25,228 bases of DNA from a virus (Duplodnaviria; Caudoviricetes), in the IMG/VR virus record IMGVR_UViG_3300032232_000037, positions 1 through 25,228 of that record; one strand, 5' to 3'. The notes under the pieces were generated by a model that made no database searches, had not been told where the DNA came from, and saw only the letters and a program-made list of their open reading frames with translations. Positions 1 to 8,075 of this stretch are shown here, piece after piece (the first letter of the stretch is position 1; every line of letters begins with the position of its first letter). Position numbers and translations under genes: made by a program.

Positions 1-17
1 TAACTAAGGAGAAAGAA

Positions 18-515
18 ATGACAGTAACAATAGAAGAAATCGAAAACTACCACAACATCTTGCTAGATGAGAATGGTAAAGAAGCACAACTACTAGAACA
101 ACGCAAGCGTTTGACAGATGCAATCTATTCATATATTGATTCAAGTCAGGCACCAGATGATGACCACATTGCAGAGGTAACAGCAGGTCTTAACAAAGAC
201 ATTCAGTTGCGTGACTTTGTATTAGGTCTGCCATCTGAGCGTGAAATTGTAAAGGTAAATCTATACCTTTCATTCTTTATGGAAACAGTTCCAGGTGAGT
301 TCATTGCACCAGTTGCTAGTATCTTGGCTGCAAATCTATATTCTCTTGGTGATACATCTGCACAGTCAGTACTATCACAGGCGCTAGAGAATAACCCACG
401 TTACTCACTAGCACAGTTGCTTAACCGTGTATTTAATTCAGGCTGGCCTGCAGGTGCGTTTACTGCAATGACGCATGAACTACACCCAAAGGTTAAAGAA
501 GGAATGGGTATCTAA
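18..515 (+). CDS. DUF4192-like protein (C-terminal part of the actinobacterial family)
   Basis: SD AAGGAG just upstream. Motifs DIQLRD, APVASILAA..Y..GD, ALENNPRYSLAQLL...GWP resemble the DUF4192 C-terminus. Confidence 0.6.
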   Translation: MTVTIEEIENYHNILLDENGKEAQLLEQRKRLTDAIYSYIDSSQAPDDDHIAEVTAGLNKDIQLRDFVLGLPSEREIVKVNLYLSFFMETVPGEFIAPVASILAANLYSLGDTSAQSVLSQALENNPRYSLAQLLNRVFNSGWPAGAFTAMTHELHPKVKEGMGI

Positions 516-517
516 TC

Positions 518-1012
518 ATGGGATTAGACATGTATCTATATGCACGTAAAGGTATCTCTTCCTTTGAGTGGATACCAGATGCAGAGGGTAACCCAACCAA
601 CAAGGTTAACCCTGACTATAAGATTCTGACCTCCCTTGTGGGAGCAACAGAATGGGCAGCACCAGCAGATAGTTTTGCGTATGCACAAGTATCTTTGCAG
701 GTGGGCTACTGGCGTAAGGCTAATTCAATTCACAACTGGTTCATTGATAACCTAGCAGGTGGAGAGGATAACTGTCAGCCAATCTATGTACCTCGTAGTT
801 CTTTAATTGATTTAAAGATACTATGCGAAGAGGTACTGGCAGACCATACCAAAGCAGAAGAACTGTTACCAACAGGTGCAGGATTCTTCTTTGGCAGCAC
901 GGAGTATGACGAGTGGTACTTTATGCAAATAGAAAATACCTCAGCCATGCTCAGCAAACTCATTGAAGATGTACCCGAAGGATGGGCCTTCGAGTATCAG
1001 GCTTCATGGTAA
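518..1012 (+). CDS. Conserved phage hypothetical protein (MGLDMYL / YWRKANxIHxWF family)
   Basis: Recognisable motifs MGLDMYLY, YWRKANSIHNWF, LLPTGAGFFFGSTEYDEWY and C-terminal YQASW. Function unknown. Confidence 0.75.
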   Translation: MGLDMYLYARKGISSFEWIPDAEGNPTNKVNPDYKILTSLVGATEWAAPADSFAYAQVSLQVGYWRKANSIHNWFIDNLAGGEDNCQPIYVPRSSLIDLKILCEEVLADHTKAEELLPTGAGFFFGSTEYDEWYFMQIENTSAMLSKLIEDVPEGWAFEYQASW

Positions 1013-1024
1013 AGAAAGGGACAC

Positions 1025-1978
1025 ATGACTACAGCAGATGTAGTAAATAAACCAAACCGCTCAGCCTGGCAAAAAGCAGGCGTAGCAGTTGAAGCAACAA
1101 GCGCAGCACAAGTAGCAGAACAAGCAGGACTTAACTGGACTGTTAGTCTGTCAGATATGCACATTTCCGACTTCTTGCATGTACCTAAGAAGCAAGCAGT
1201 CGTAAAGAAACACAATGGAAATGAATCAGTCATTGGTGTAGTTGGTAACAAATACAAAGTCTTTCAGAACTCTGAAGTCTTTGGCTCACTAGATGGATTG
1301 ATTGATTCAGGCGAGGCTCGCTATGCAGCAGCAGGTGAGTACGATGACGGAGCAAAGGTATGGATGCTCATGTCATTACCAAAAGAAATGGAAATCAAGG
1401 GCGACCCACATGCTGCCTTCTTGCTAGCCAAGACCAGTCATGATGGTTCATCATCAGTAGTACTACGCCCTATCATTGAGCGATTGTTTTGTTCCAACCA
1501 AATCAATCGTATCTTCAAGGCTAAGAACAAAGCACATACTTATACCCTGCGTCATACACAAAACGCAGTGCTATCAGTATCTGATATGCGAAACATTCTT
1601 GACCTAACCTATACAAGTATTGATGAGTACAGCAACCTTGCCAACTACTTGCTTCAGCGTGAAGCAGATATTGCTAAGGCAACTGCATTCTTCAAGAAAG
1701 TATGGGCACTACCAAGCAAGATAGAAAACGCACCGTTACACCTACTATCCAAGGGTGAAAAGAATGCCAAGTCCCGTGCTCTTAATGCACGACAGAAAGC
1801 ATTTGCTATCTACACAGATAGCCCAACACAAGAGAACATCCGTAATACAGAGTTTGGTTTGTGGCAAGCAGTTGTCGAATATGCAGACCATCACTCTCAG
1901 AAAGATGCTAGTATTGCTACCCTAGCAGGGCGTAATGATGGCATTAAACTACGAGCACTAGAACTAATAGGAATCTAA
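1025..1978 (+). CDS. DUF932/DUF945 family phage/plasmid protein
   Basis: AGLNWTV, GVVGNKYKVFQN, TSHDGS, RLFCSNQ, LRHT and LWQAVVEYADH motifs are typical of DUF932. SD upstream. Confidence 0.85.
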   Translation: MTTADVVNKPNRSAWQKAGVAVEATSAAQVAEQAGLNWTVSLSDMHISDFLHVPKKQAVVKKHNGNESVIGVVGNKYKVFQNSEVFGSLDGLIDSGEARYAAAGEYDDGAKVWMLMSLPKEMEIKGDPHAAFLLAKTSHDGSSSVVLRPIIERLFCSNQINRIFKAKNKAHTYTLRHTQNAVLSVSDMRNILDLTYTSIDEYSNLANYLLQREADIAKATAFFKKVWALPSKIENAPLHLLSKGEKNAKSRALNARQKAFAIYTDSPTQENIRNTEFGLWQAVVEYADHHSQKDASIATLAGRNDGIKLRALELIGI

Positions 1979-1986
1979 GGAGAAAC

Positions 1987-2421
1987 ATGTACTTAAACCC
2001 AATCACAGTAGATGGCATAACCTACAACTTCACAGAAGAATCACTCAAAGAATTAATTAAGAGTGAAACAGCAGCCAAGTTGAGAATAGAATCAGTTCAA
2101 CTTGAAGCGCAAGAAACTTATAGAAAGATTGCATCTGTGCGTAGCAAGGTGTACGATTTCTTTAGTGAAGCATTTGATGATGGTACAGATGAAGCAACAG
2201 TTACACGTGATGACGTTAACGAGTTGCTTGAATCAATCGGTTCAGATGTACTCACTACAACTTGGTCAGCAACTGTAGAGATTACAGTTACTGTTACTGG
2301 TATCAAGGCTACCTCCCCTGAGGAAGTTGAAGATATCATTACGGACAACATCGAAGTCAGCGGCTACGACTTAGAGTTGCACGACCCAGATGTACGAGTA
2401 CAAGATATCGAGCGAGAGTAA
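1987..2421 (+). CDS. Acidic hypothetical protein
   Basis: 144 aa ORF with SD AAGGAG directly after the previous stop. Strongly D/E-rich. Confidence 0.7.
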   Translation: MYLNPITVDGITYNFTEESLKELIKSETAAKLRIESVQLEAQETYRKIASVRSKVYDFFSEAFDDGTDEATVTRDDVNELLESIGSDVLTTTWSATVEITVTVTGIKATSPEEVEDIITDNIEVSGYDLELHDPDVRVQDIERE

Positions 2422-2438
2422 CATCATCGCCAGCGCTA

Positions 2439-2479
2439 TCTAATGCATGGGACTTTGTTCATTTCGACCATGTGTTAGA
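2439..2479 (+). terminator. 12-bp hairpin (two G-U pairs) after the early genes; possible terminator or operator overlapping the promoter
   Basis: TCTAATGCATGG (2439-2450) pairs with CCATGTGTTAGA (2468-2479). No clear U-tract. Confidence 0.35.
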
Positions 2480-2481
2480 CT
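2473..2481 (+). promoter_or_regulatory. Putative extended -10 promoter (TGnTAGACT) for the replication operon
   Basis: TG-T-TAGACT matches the actinobacterial SigA TGnTAnnnT pattern and lies in the only long intergenic gap of the + arm. The -35 element is not convincing. Confidence 0.45.
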
Positions 2482-2539
2482 TGGGGATGGGTGGTCCCGC
2501 CATCTGCGAACACGGGACACTAACTAAACAAGGGGATAT

Positions 2540-3322
2540 ATGCCAACAGAAATTGAAAGAGATAGATACGGAAGACCGCTAGTCGTTCCACCTACAGGTG
2601 GTAAAGCAATTGCTTATACCCGTGCTACTACTATTGCAAACAGTTTAGATGATGCCTCAGCATTAACCGCATGGAAAATGCGTATGGCAGCAATCGGTTT
2701 AACAAGTAGACCAGACTTACTACTAGCCATTGGTGTAGCAGGAGATAACAACAAGTTAGTTAATGCTTACATTGAAGAAGCAATGGAAGTAGCAGGTGCT
2801 AGTAAAGCAGCCACTATTGGTACAGCAATCCACGCACTAACAGAAAAACTAGACTTAGGTTTAGAGTTAGGTGTATTCCCAGAGCAGTGGATGCCTGACA
2901 TTAAAGCATATGAGCAGGCTACAAGTATTCTCACTAAGATTTACATTGAACAATTCACAGTGCTAGACAAGTTTAAAATTGCAGGCACACCAGATAGAGT
3001 TGTTGAGTATAAAGGTGAGCGATTCATTGCTGACCTAAAGACAGGTCGTATTGACCATCCAAATAACATTGCCATGCAGTTGGCAATCTATGCCAACGGC
3101 TCGCCGTACATGATAGATACGGCGACCCGTGGCACATGGGGCGACATCAACAAAGAAAAAGCAATTATTGTTCATGCCCCAGCGGGGACAGGAACATGCA
3201 AACTAGTATGGGTTGACATCAAAGAAGGATGGAAAGGCGTACAGTTTGCTATGAAGGTAAGAAAGTGGCGAGACCAAAAGGGTTTGGCTACTCCATTTGA
3301 GCAAGGAGAAGATAGTGCCTAG
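2540..3322 (+). CDS. PD-(D/E)XK exonuclease (Cas4/RecB-like, mycobacteriophage type)
   Basis: ERDRYGRP N-terminus, GTAIH, AGTPDR, IADLKTG and MQLAIYA catalytic motifs. Confidence 0.85.
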   Translation: MPTEIERDRYGRPLVVPPTGGKAIAYTRATTIANSLDDASALTAWKMRMAAIGLTSRPDLLLAIGVAGDNNKLVNAYIEEAMEVAGASKAATIGTAIHALTEKLDLGLELGVFPEQWMPDIKAYEQATSILTKIYIEQFTVLDKFKIAGTPDRVVEYKGERFIADLKTGRIDHPNNIAMQLAIYANGSPYMIDTATRGTWGDINKEKAIIVHAPAGTGTCKLVWVDIKEGWKGVQFAMKVRKWRDQKGLATPFEQGEDSA

Positions 3323-3776
3323 CACAGAAGCACCAATCAGTATCACAGTAAAAACAACAGCAGGTAGTTTAGTAACAGTCCGTGCAGAAAACGGAGAAGA
3401 ACTAGACAACATTGTTGCACATTCAATTGCAGCAATTGCATCAGCAGCACAGGAACTAGAAGCAGCAGTGCGTGGTGCATCAGCACCAGCAATGTCAGCA
3501 CAATCAGTAGCAGCAGCACTTGGTGGAAACATAATTGAAACAGGAACAACAATTCCTGCCCAAGAATATGCACAGCCAGCACCAGTACCATCTATTGGAG
3601 GGCGCGGTTGCGCTCACGGTAAGATGACAGCAATCCAAGGAATGGGTAAAGATGGTAAACCATATAAAGGTTACTTCTGCCCAGCACCAAAGGGTGCATT
3701 TGATAAGTGTAAGAACCAGTATGTTCCTAACACATCACCAGAGTGGAACACATTTGTTCCAGAACAGATTAAGTGA
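3315..3776 (+). CDS. Conserved actinophage protein with C-terminal Cys/His motif; possible ssDNA-binding or recombination partner
   Basis: GTG at 3315 with SD AAGGAG at 3303-3308 is preferred over TTG 3297. Ala-rich linker, then CAHG..M..G..K.GKPYKGYFCP...C. Lies between exonuclease and helicase. Confidence 0.6.
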   Translation: MPSTEAPISITVKTTAGSLVTVRAENGEELDNIVAHSIAAIASAAQELEAAVRGASAPAMSAQSVAAALGGNIIETGTTIPAQEYAQPAPVPSIGGRGCAHGKMTAIQGMGKDGKPYKGYFCPAPKGAFDKCKNQYVPNTSPEWNTFVPEQIK

Positions 3777-4585
3777 AAACACTTAGACGCTCTATAAACA
3801 AAGCAGAGGTAGGCGGAGAACCACTTCCGCCTGCCTTTGCTGCGTTTGAGAGAGCAGGAATTATTCTGCGTAGAGCAGAGGTAACTGTAGTTGCAGGCAC
3901 CCCAGGTGCAGGCAAGTCGTCAGTTGCATTGGCTATTGCTGCAAAAACAAAACATCCTACACTTTACTTTTCAGCAGATACCAATGCACACACGATGGCT
4001 ATGCGTTTGATTGCCATGACTGGCAAGATGACACAGGCAGCAGCAGAACAGTTACTTAAAAACAACCCAACAAAATCACATGAGATACTACAACTGAACA
4101 ATCATTTGTTCTGGTCATTTGAATCCAGCCCTACACTTAAAGACTTAGATGATGAAGTCTCAGCCTTTGAAACAGTGTGGGGTAAGAGTCCAACCCTTAT
4201 TGTTGTAGACAATCTTATGGATGTAGCAATGGATGGGTACGATGAGTTCGGTGCCATGCGTGCCGTTATGAAAGAACTCAAGTACCTAGCCAGAGATACT
4301 AATGCAGCAGTACTAGTACTACATCACACCAAAGAAGGATTCGATGGCTATCCTTGCCAGCCACGCAGTGCAGTGCAGGGTATGGTTAATCAGATTCCAG
4401 CAATGGTTCTTACTATTGGTCAGATGAAACAGGGAGATGACACATACTTATGTGTAGCCCCAGTTAAAAACAGATACGGAAGAGCAGACCAAACAGGTAG
4501 TAATTATGTTAGTCTGTCATTCAACCCAGACTCTATGTACTTAGAAGATGTAGCAGTCAGATACCAACAAGAGGGAATAATGTGA
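3773..4585 (+). CDS. DnaB-like (SF4/RecA-fold) replicative helicase
   Basis: Walker A GTPGAGKS, Walker B LIVVDNL, VLVLHH and VKNRYG motifs. Confidence 0.88.
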   Translation: MKTLRRSINKAEVGGEPLPPAFAAFERAGIILRRAEVTVVAGTPGAGKSSVALAIAAKTKHPTLYFSADTNAHTMAMRLIAMTGKMTQAAAEQLLKNNPTKSHEILQLNNHLFWSFESSPTLKDLDDEVSAFETVWGKSPTLIVVDNLMDVAMDGYDEFGAMRAVMKELKYLARDTNAAVLVLHHTKEGFDGYPCQPRSAVQGMVNQIPAMVLTIGQMKQGDDTYLCVAPVKNRYGRADQTGSNYVSLSFNPDSMYLEDVAVRYQQEGIM

Positions 4586-4935
4586 GTAGTGCAGCCAAGC
4601 GTAAAGGTACACAAGGCGGAGAAATCCCAGCAGTTAACTGGCTAAAAGAAAATGGTTTTCCATATGCAGAACGTAGACTTGCAGGCAGCCACCTCGACAG
4701 AGGTGACATAGCAGGTGTCAATGGAGTAACCATCGAAGTTAAAAACCATATTAAATTAGACCTAAGTGCTTGGCTAAAAGAACTAGAAGTTGAAATGAAA
4801 AACGATGGAGGATGGACAGGTGTTGTTCTCCACAAGAAAAAAGGAACTAAAAATGTTGACGAATGGTATTGCACAATGCCAGCCAAAGTATGGCTGGATT
4901 TAATAAAGGACGCAATGCGTGGTAGACAAGCATAG
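4582..4935 (+). CDS. Holliday junction resolvase (Hjc-like PD-(D/E)XK)
   Basis: AKRKGT..E, AERR.LAG..DRGDIAG and IEVKN motifs. Confidence 0.8.
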   Translation: MSSAAKRKGTQGGEIPAVNWLKENGFPYAERRLAGSHLDRGDIAGVNGVTIEVKNHIKLDLSAWLKELEVEMKNDGGWTGVVLHKKKGTKNVDEWYCTMPAKVWLDLIKDAMRGRQA

Positions 4936-5299
4936 TATTGCGGATTATCTCAGGCACATAGGCGCAGCCGTTCCTGCTGAGGGACACGGCTGGCGCAAAA
5001 TCAAATGCCCATTCCATAACGACAGTCATGCATCAGCAGGTATTAACTTTGAAGAAAACAGATTCAAGTGTCATGCTTGTGGTGTAGGTGGAGATGTATA
5101 CGATTTAATTATTCACAAGGAGGGAGGTACATATCGTGAGGCTATCAAATTCGCACAGACAATTTCTCTTGCAGGCAACGCACCAGTACGCCAGTCAGAT
5201 TCATCTAGCAACAGAGTATCTGTCAACACGCAATCTCTCGGTAGAAGAGGCGCAACGCTTTCATCTTGGAGTGGTAAAGGACGCTCTTCCAGGTCATGA
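4919..5299 (+). CDS. DNA primase N-terminal CHC2 zinc-finger subunit (split primase)
   Basis: CPFHND..AS, FKCHACG..GDVYDLI...EG..YREA. GTG start with AAAGGA upstream. Confidence 0.88.
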   Translation: MVDKHSIADYLRHIGAAVPAEGHGWRKIKCPFHNDSHASAGINFEENRFKCHACGVGGDVYDLIIHKEGGTYREAIKFAQTISLAGNAPVRQSDSSSNRVSVNTQSLGRRGATLSSWSGKGRSSRS

Positions 5300-5765
5300 A
5301 CAGTATCTTGGCAGACTAGCCATACCTTACATAACACCATCAGGTGTAGTAGACATTCGGTTCAGAGCACTGGGAGACATTGACCCAAAGTATATGGGTA
5401 TGCCAGGTGCTAAAACCAGCATGTTCAATGCACAAACAGTGCTTACGGCATCAGATTATATCTGCGTAACAGAAGGTGAGATTGACTGCATCACAGTCAG
5501 CGTAAAGACTACACATCCAGCCGTAGGTATTCCAGGTGCTAACAACTGGAAACCATTTTACTCCAAGATATTAGATGACTTTGATACGGTAATTGTTTTA
5601 GCAGATGGTGATTCAGCAGGTATGGATTTTGGCAAGAAAGTTAGCCGAGAGTTAGGTAATGTTAATATAGTTCAGATGCCAGAAGGGCATGATGTCAATA
5701 GCATAGTAATGCTAGAAGGAGCGGAGTTTATTAATGAACGAATCCGAAAATGTCTTTCTGAATAA
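5136..5765 (+). CDS. DNA primase TOPRIM catalytic subunit (split primase)
   Basis: GRLAIPY, PKY, VTEGEID, VGIPGA and LADGDSAG (DxD) motifs. Strong SD AAGGAGGGAGGT at 5117-5128. Confidence 0.9.
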   Translation: MRLSNSHRQFLLQATHQYASQIHLATEYLSTRNLSVEEAQRFHLGVVKDALPGHEQYLGRLAIPYITPSGVVDIRFRALGDIDPKYMGMPGAKTSMFNAQTVLTASDYICVTEGEIDCITVSVKTTHPAVGIPGANNWKPFYSKILDDFDTVIVLADGDSAGMDFGKKVSRELGNVNIVQMPEGHDVNSIVMLEGAEFINERIRKCLSE

Positions 5766-6048
5766 CGGAGAGGATATCTGGGACTTTATCAAAGACAACC
5801 CAAGATATATGGGAATACCAATCTCTGAGAAGCAAGGGCTAGATATTCTTAATGCTCTGCGTGATGTTTGGGTTATGAATAAAATAGATACAGATAAAGC
5901 CAACCAGATGCTAACCATGTTGGCAGCAGTGCTTGTCTCAGCCCACGAAGGGCACGGAGAAAAGATAGTAGAAGAAGTATTAGTCCAAGAAGCAATGATA
6001 GATTTCGAGCAACAGGCTAAGGAGATACTTAATGAAAGACCTGAATAA
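5734..6048 (+). CDS. Hypothetical protein
   Basis: 104 aa ORF, GGAG SD, overlaps both neighbours in operon style. Confidence 0.65.
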   Translation: MNESENVFLNNGEDIWDFIKDNPRYMGIPISEKQGLDILNALRDVWVMNKIDTDKANQMLTMLAAVLVSAHEGHGEKIVEEVLVQEAMIDFEQQAKEILNERPE

Positions 6049-6322
6049 CTTTGAAGATATCCTCAATGAATTACGTATTATTATGATACGCAAGCATCAA
6101 GACTATGGCCCATTTAATATAGCCAATGCCCCAGGTGGTGCAATGAATGGGCTGCTTGTGCGGATGCACGACAAGATGGCACGATTGGAAAATCTTTACT
6201 ATAAAAAACAAGACACGCCCAACTATGAAAGTATTGAAGATACCTTTATGGACCTAGCAAACTATGCAATAATTGGACTATTGGTGCAAAGGCGACAATG
6301 GGAAGGCTTAACAAAGGACTAA
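6032..6322 (+). CDS. Nucleotide modification associated domain 1 protein (Nmad1/DUF1599, MazG-like fold)
   Basis: RKHQDYG, VRMHDKMARL and ESIEDTFMDLANYAII motifs. Confidence 0.82.
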   Translation: MKDLNNFEDILNELRIIMIRKHQDYGPFNIANAPGGAMNGLLVRMHDKMARLENLYYKKQDTPNYESIEDTFMDLANYAIIGLLVQRRQWEGLTKD

Positions 6323-6323
6323 C

Positions 6324-6971
6324 GTGGACTACCTAGATGAGTATGAGCAAATGGTTGTGGCAATTGCTGCCGAATACCAGCGCAAATACCCTATGACAGA
6401 CCAACAAGATATCCAGCAAGTATTGTGGATATGGTTTGTTACCCATCCAGTTAAGTACAAAGAATGGTCAGCCCTGCCAGAAAAAGACAAAGACAAACTC
6501 ATAGCCAAGTCTCTTCGTAATAAAGCAATTACTTATTGTGAACGCGAAAAGGCACGGACGGTTGGCTATGAGTTACTTGACCTTTACTACTATGACGCTT
6601 CAGTTATTGAGGCATTCCTACCATCAATCATTGCAGAGTCTTATGAAATCCCATCTAAGATTAAAGACCTAAACTTTAAGTTTAGTAAGGGTGAAAGCAC
6701 AGACACTAACAACTGGCTAGTGCTTAGGTCAGATATAGCAGCAGCCTACTACAGATTGTCAGAGGCAAAACAGTTTATTCTTAAGACTCGTTTTAGTACG
6801 GAATCTTGCGAGTGGGATGAGTTAGGTAAAGAATTAAAGACAACACCTGATGGTGCCCGCATGAAAGTGCAGCGGGCTATTAGTAGTTTAATTAGAAATC
6901 TTGGTGGGCATAGGCCATACCTAGAAGAAGATAGTTCTATAGAGGTAGAAGATGACGAATCAGGAGAATGA
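6324..6971 (+). CDS. RNA polymerase sigma-70-like factor / HTH transcription factor
   Basis: Region 2-like N-terminus (DIQQVLWIWF..HP) and region 4-like C-terminus (YRLSE..QFILKTRF...WDELGKELKTTPDGARMKVQRAI..L). Confidence 0.7.
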   Translation: MDYLDEYEQMVVAIAAEYQRKYPMTDQQDIQQVLWIWFVTHPVKYKEWSALPEKDKDKLIAKSLRNKAITYCEREKARTVGYELLDLYYYDASVIEAFLPSIIAESYEIPSKIKDLNFKFSKGESTDTNNWLVLRSDIAAAYYRLSEAKQFILKTRFSTESCEWDELGKELKTTPDGARMKVQRAISSLIRNLGGHRPYLEEDSSIEVEDDESGE

Positions 6972-7197
6972 TAATGTCAAAGAAATCCGAGAGTTACTAC
7001 ACCCAACGGATTACTCGCACGCTATGGACCTGCGAGGAGAACCTATTGGAGATGTTTGCGTATGTGGAGGGGATGTATTTCATGCGCTTGTTGCATTTGA
7101 CCAAGGTGAACTATGCTTTTATTTCCTTGATGGAGAGTGCGTTAACTGTGGCTCAATGGTCACACTCCCTTACCCACAGAACGAGGATATTATCTAA
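6952..7197 (+). CDS. Small zinc-binding hypothetical protein
   Basis: CVCG and ECVNCG pairs. GAGG SD. Stop overlaps the next ATG (TAATG). Confidence 0.7.
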   Translation: MTNQENDNVKEIRELLHPTDYSHAMDLRGEPIGDVCVCGGDVFHALVAFDQGELCFYFLDGECVNCGSMVTLPYPQNEDII

Positions 7198-7358
7198 TGC
7201 CACTATTTGATTTTAAATGTGAGTATTGCACAGAAGTAATAGAGATTAATGAAAACATTCCACCAGCCTGCCCTACTTGTGGTGAAACCATGCAGCGTAT
7301 ATGGTCAGCACCAGCCATCAAGTTCAACGGAACAGGCTTTTATTCAACAGGAGGTTAA
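7197..7358 (+). CDS. FmdB-family zinc ribbon protein (53 aa, not in ORF track)
   Basis: Translated by hand: MPLFDFKCEYCTEVIEINENIPPACPTCGETMQRIWSAPAIKFNGTGFYSTGG. CxxC..CPxCG plus FxGxGFYST signature. Confidence 0.85.
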   Translation: MPLFDFKCEYCTEVIEINENIPPACPTCGETMQRIWSAPAIKFNGTGFYSTGG

Positions 7359-7625
7359 GTGAATTATCCAGAATGGCAAGGAACACCTAATTGCAGAAGT
7401 GTAGATTCAGAAGAGTTCTTTGTACCAGATGGTAGTTCTACATATAGAGAAGTTAAAATGCTTAAGAAAATATGTAGCAATTGTGAAGTTAAAAAACAGT
7501 GTTTAGATTACTCACTTAAGCATGCTGTCTTTGGATACTGGGGTGGTACTACAGAGTATGAGCGTAAACTAATGAGAAGAAAACTAAAAATTACACCTAT
7601 ACCGCTATACTTAGGATACCCATGA
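7359..7625 (+). CDS. whiB: WhiB family Fe-S transcription factor
   Basis: Four Cys (C..D.EEFF; KKICSNCEVKKQC) and the G[Y]WGGTT..ER turn motif. Confidence 0.93.
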   Translation: MNYPEWQGTPNCRSVDSEEFFVPDGSSTYREVKMLKKICSNCEVKKQCLDYSLKHAVFGYWGGTTEYERKLMRRKLKITPIPLYLGYP

Positions 7626-7996
7626 GTAAACTATCAGACTTTGATTTAGACTTAGCAATAGGTCATAAAGGCGAAGCCTTAGTAAAACAGTTGTTAACTG
7701 GTGGTACTACAGTAGAAGTCAAGACAGATTTAAAATGGAAAGAGACTGGCAATTTATATATAGAGACAGTATGTTGGTCACACAACAACGAGAATTGGTA
7801 TCTATCAGGATTGTCCAGTACTAAAGCAGAATACTGGGCTTTCGTGCTGGAGGGGGCAACCCTGTTAGTACCAACGGAGGTACTGAAGCAGGTAGTAACG
7901 GCAAGGGGAAGAGCCATTACTTGCAACATACCTCCGAACCCTAGTAAGGGTTACCTTATTAAGGTTGAAGATATAATCAACTACATGCGTAAATGA
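7622..7996 (+). CDS. Putative PD-(D/E)XK nuclease-fold phage protein
   Basis: FDLDL..G..GE, VEVKTD, TGNLYIE and SGLSSTKAEYW motifs. Confidence 0.6.
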   Translation: MSKLSDFDLDLAIGHKGEALVKQLLTGGTTVEVKTDLKWKETGNLYIETVCWSHNNENWYLSGLSSTKAEYWAFVLEGATLLVPTEVLKQVVTARGRAITCNIPPNPSKGYLIKVEDIINYMRK

Positions 7997-8000
7997 CAAA

Positions 8001-8046
8001 AGACCCCCAGCGCTGGTAGAGATACCAGTTCTGGGGGTTTCTTGTG
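8001..8046. terminator. Likely bidirectional intrinsic terminator between the convergent arms
   Basis: AGACCCCCAG-CG-CTGGTA-GAGA-TACCAG-TT-CTGGGGGTTT: long stem with a GNRA loop, T-rich on the right and A-rich on the left. A second small hairpin GGGCCT-GCT-AGGCCC lies at 8052-8066. Confidence 0.8.
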
Positions 8047-8075
8047 TCTATGGGCCTGCTAGGCCCCTTAAATCA

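Noticed and set aside
2483-2520. HDV-like ribozyme (GGTCCC...GCGAA..GGGAC resembles HDV P2 and J4/2) or fluoride riboswitch
   Set aside because: Only 13 nt separate the P2 strands, leaving no room for P3/L3/P1.1. The fluoride riboswitch 3' consensus is absent.
2540-3322. CRISPR-Cas system suggested by the Cas4-like nuclease
   Set aside because: No repeat-spacer array or other cas genes. This is a standalone phage exonuclease.
6968-7210. Alternative 80-aa + strand ORF
   Set aside because: It shadows 6952-7197, which has an SD, paired Cys motifs and TAATG coupling to the FmdB gene.
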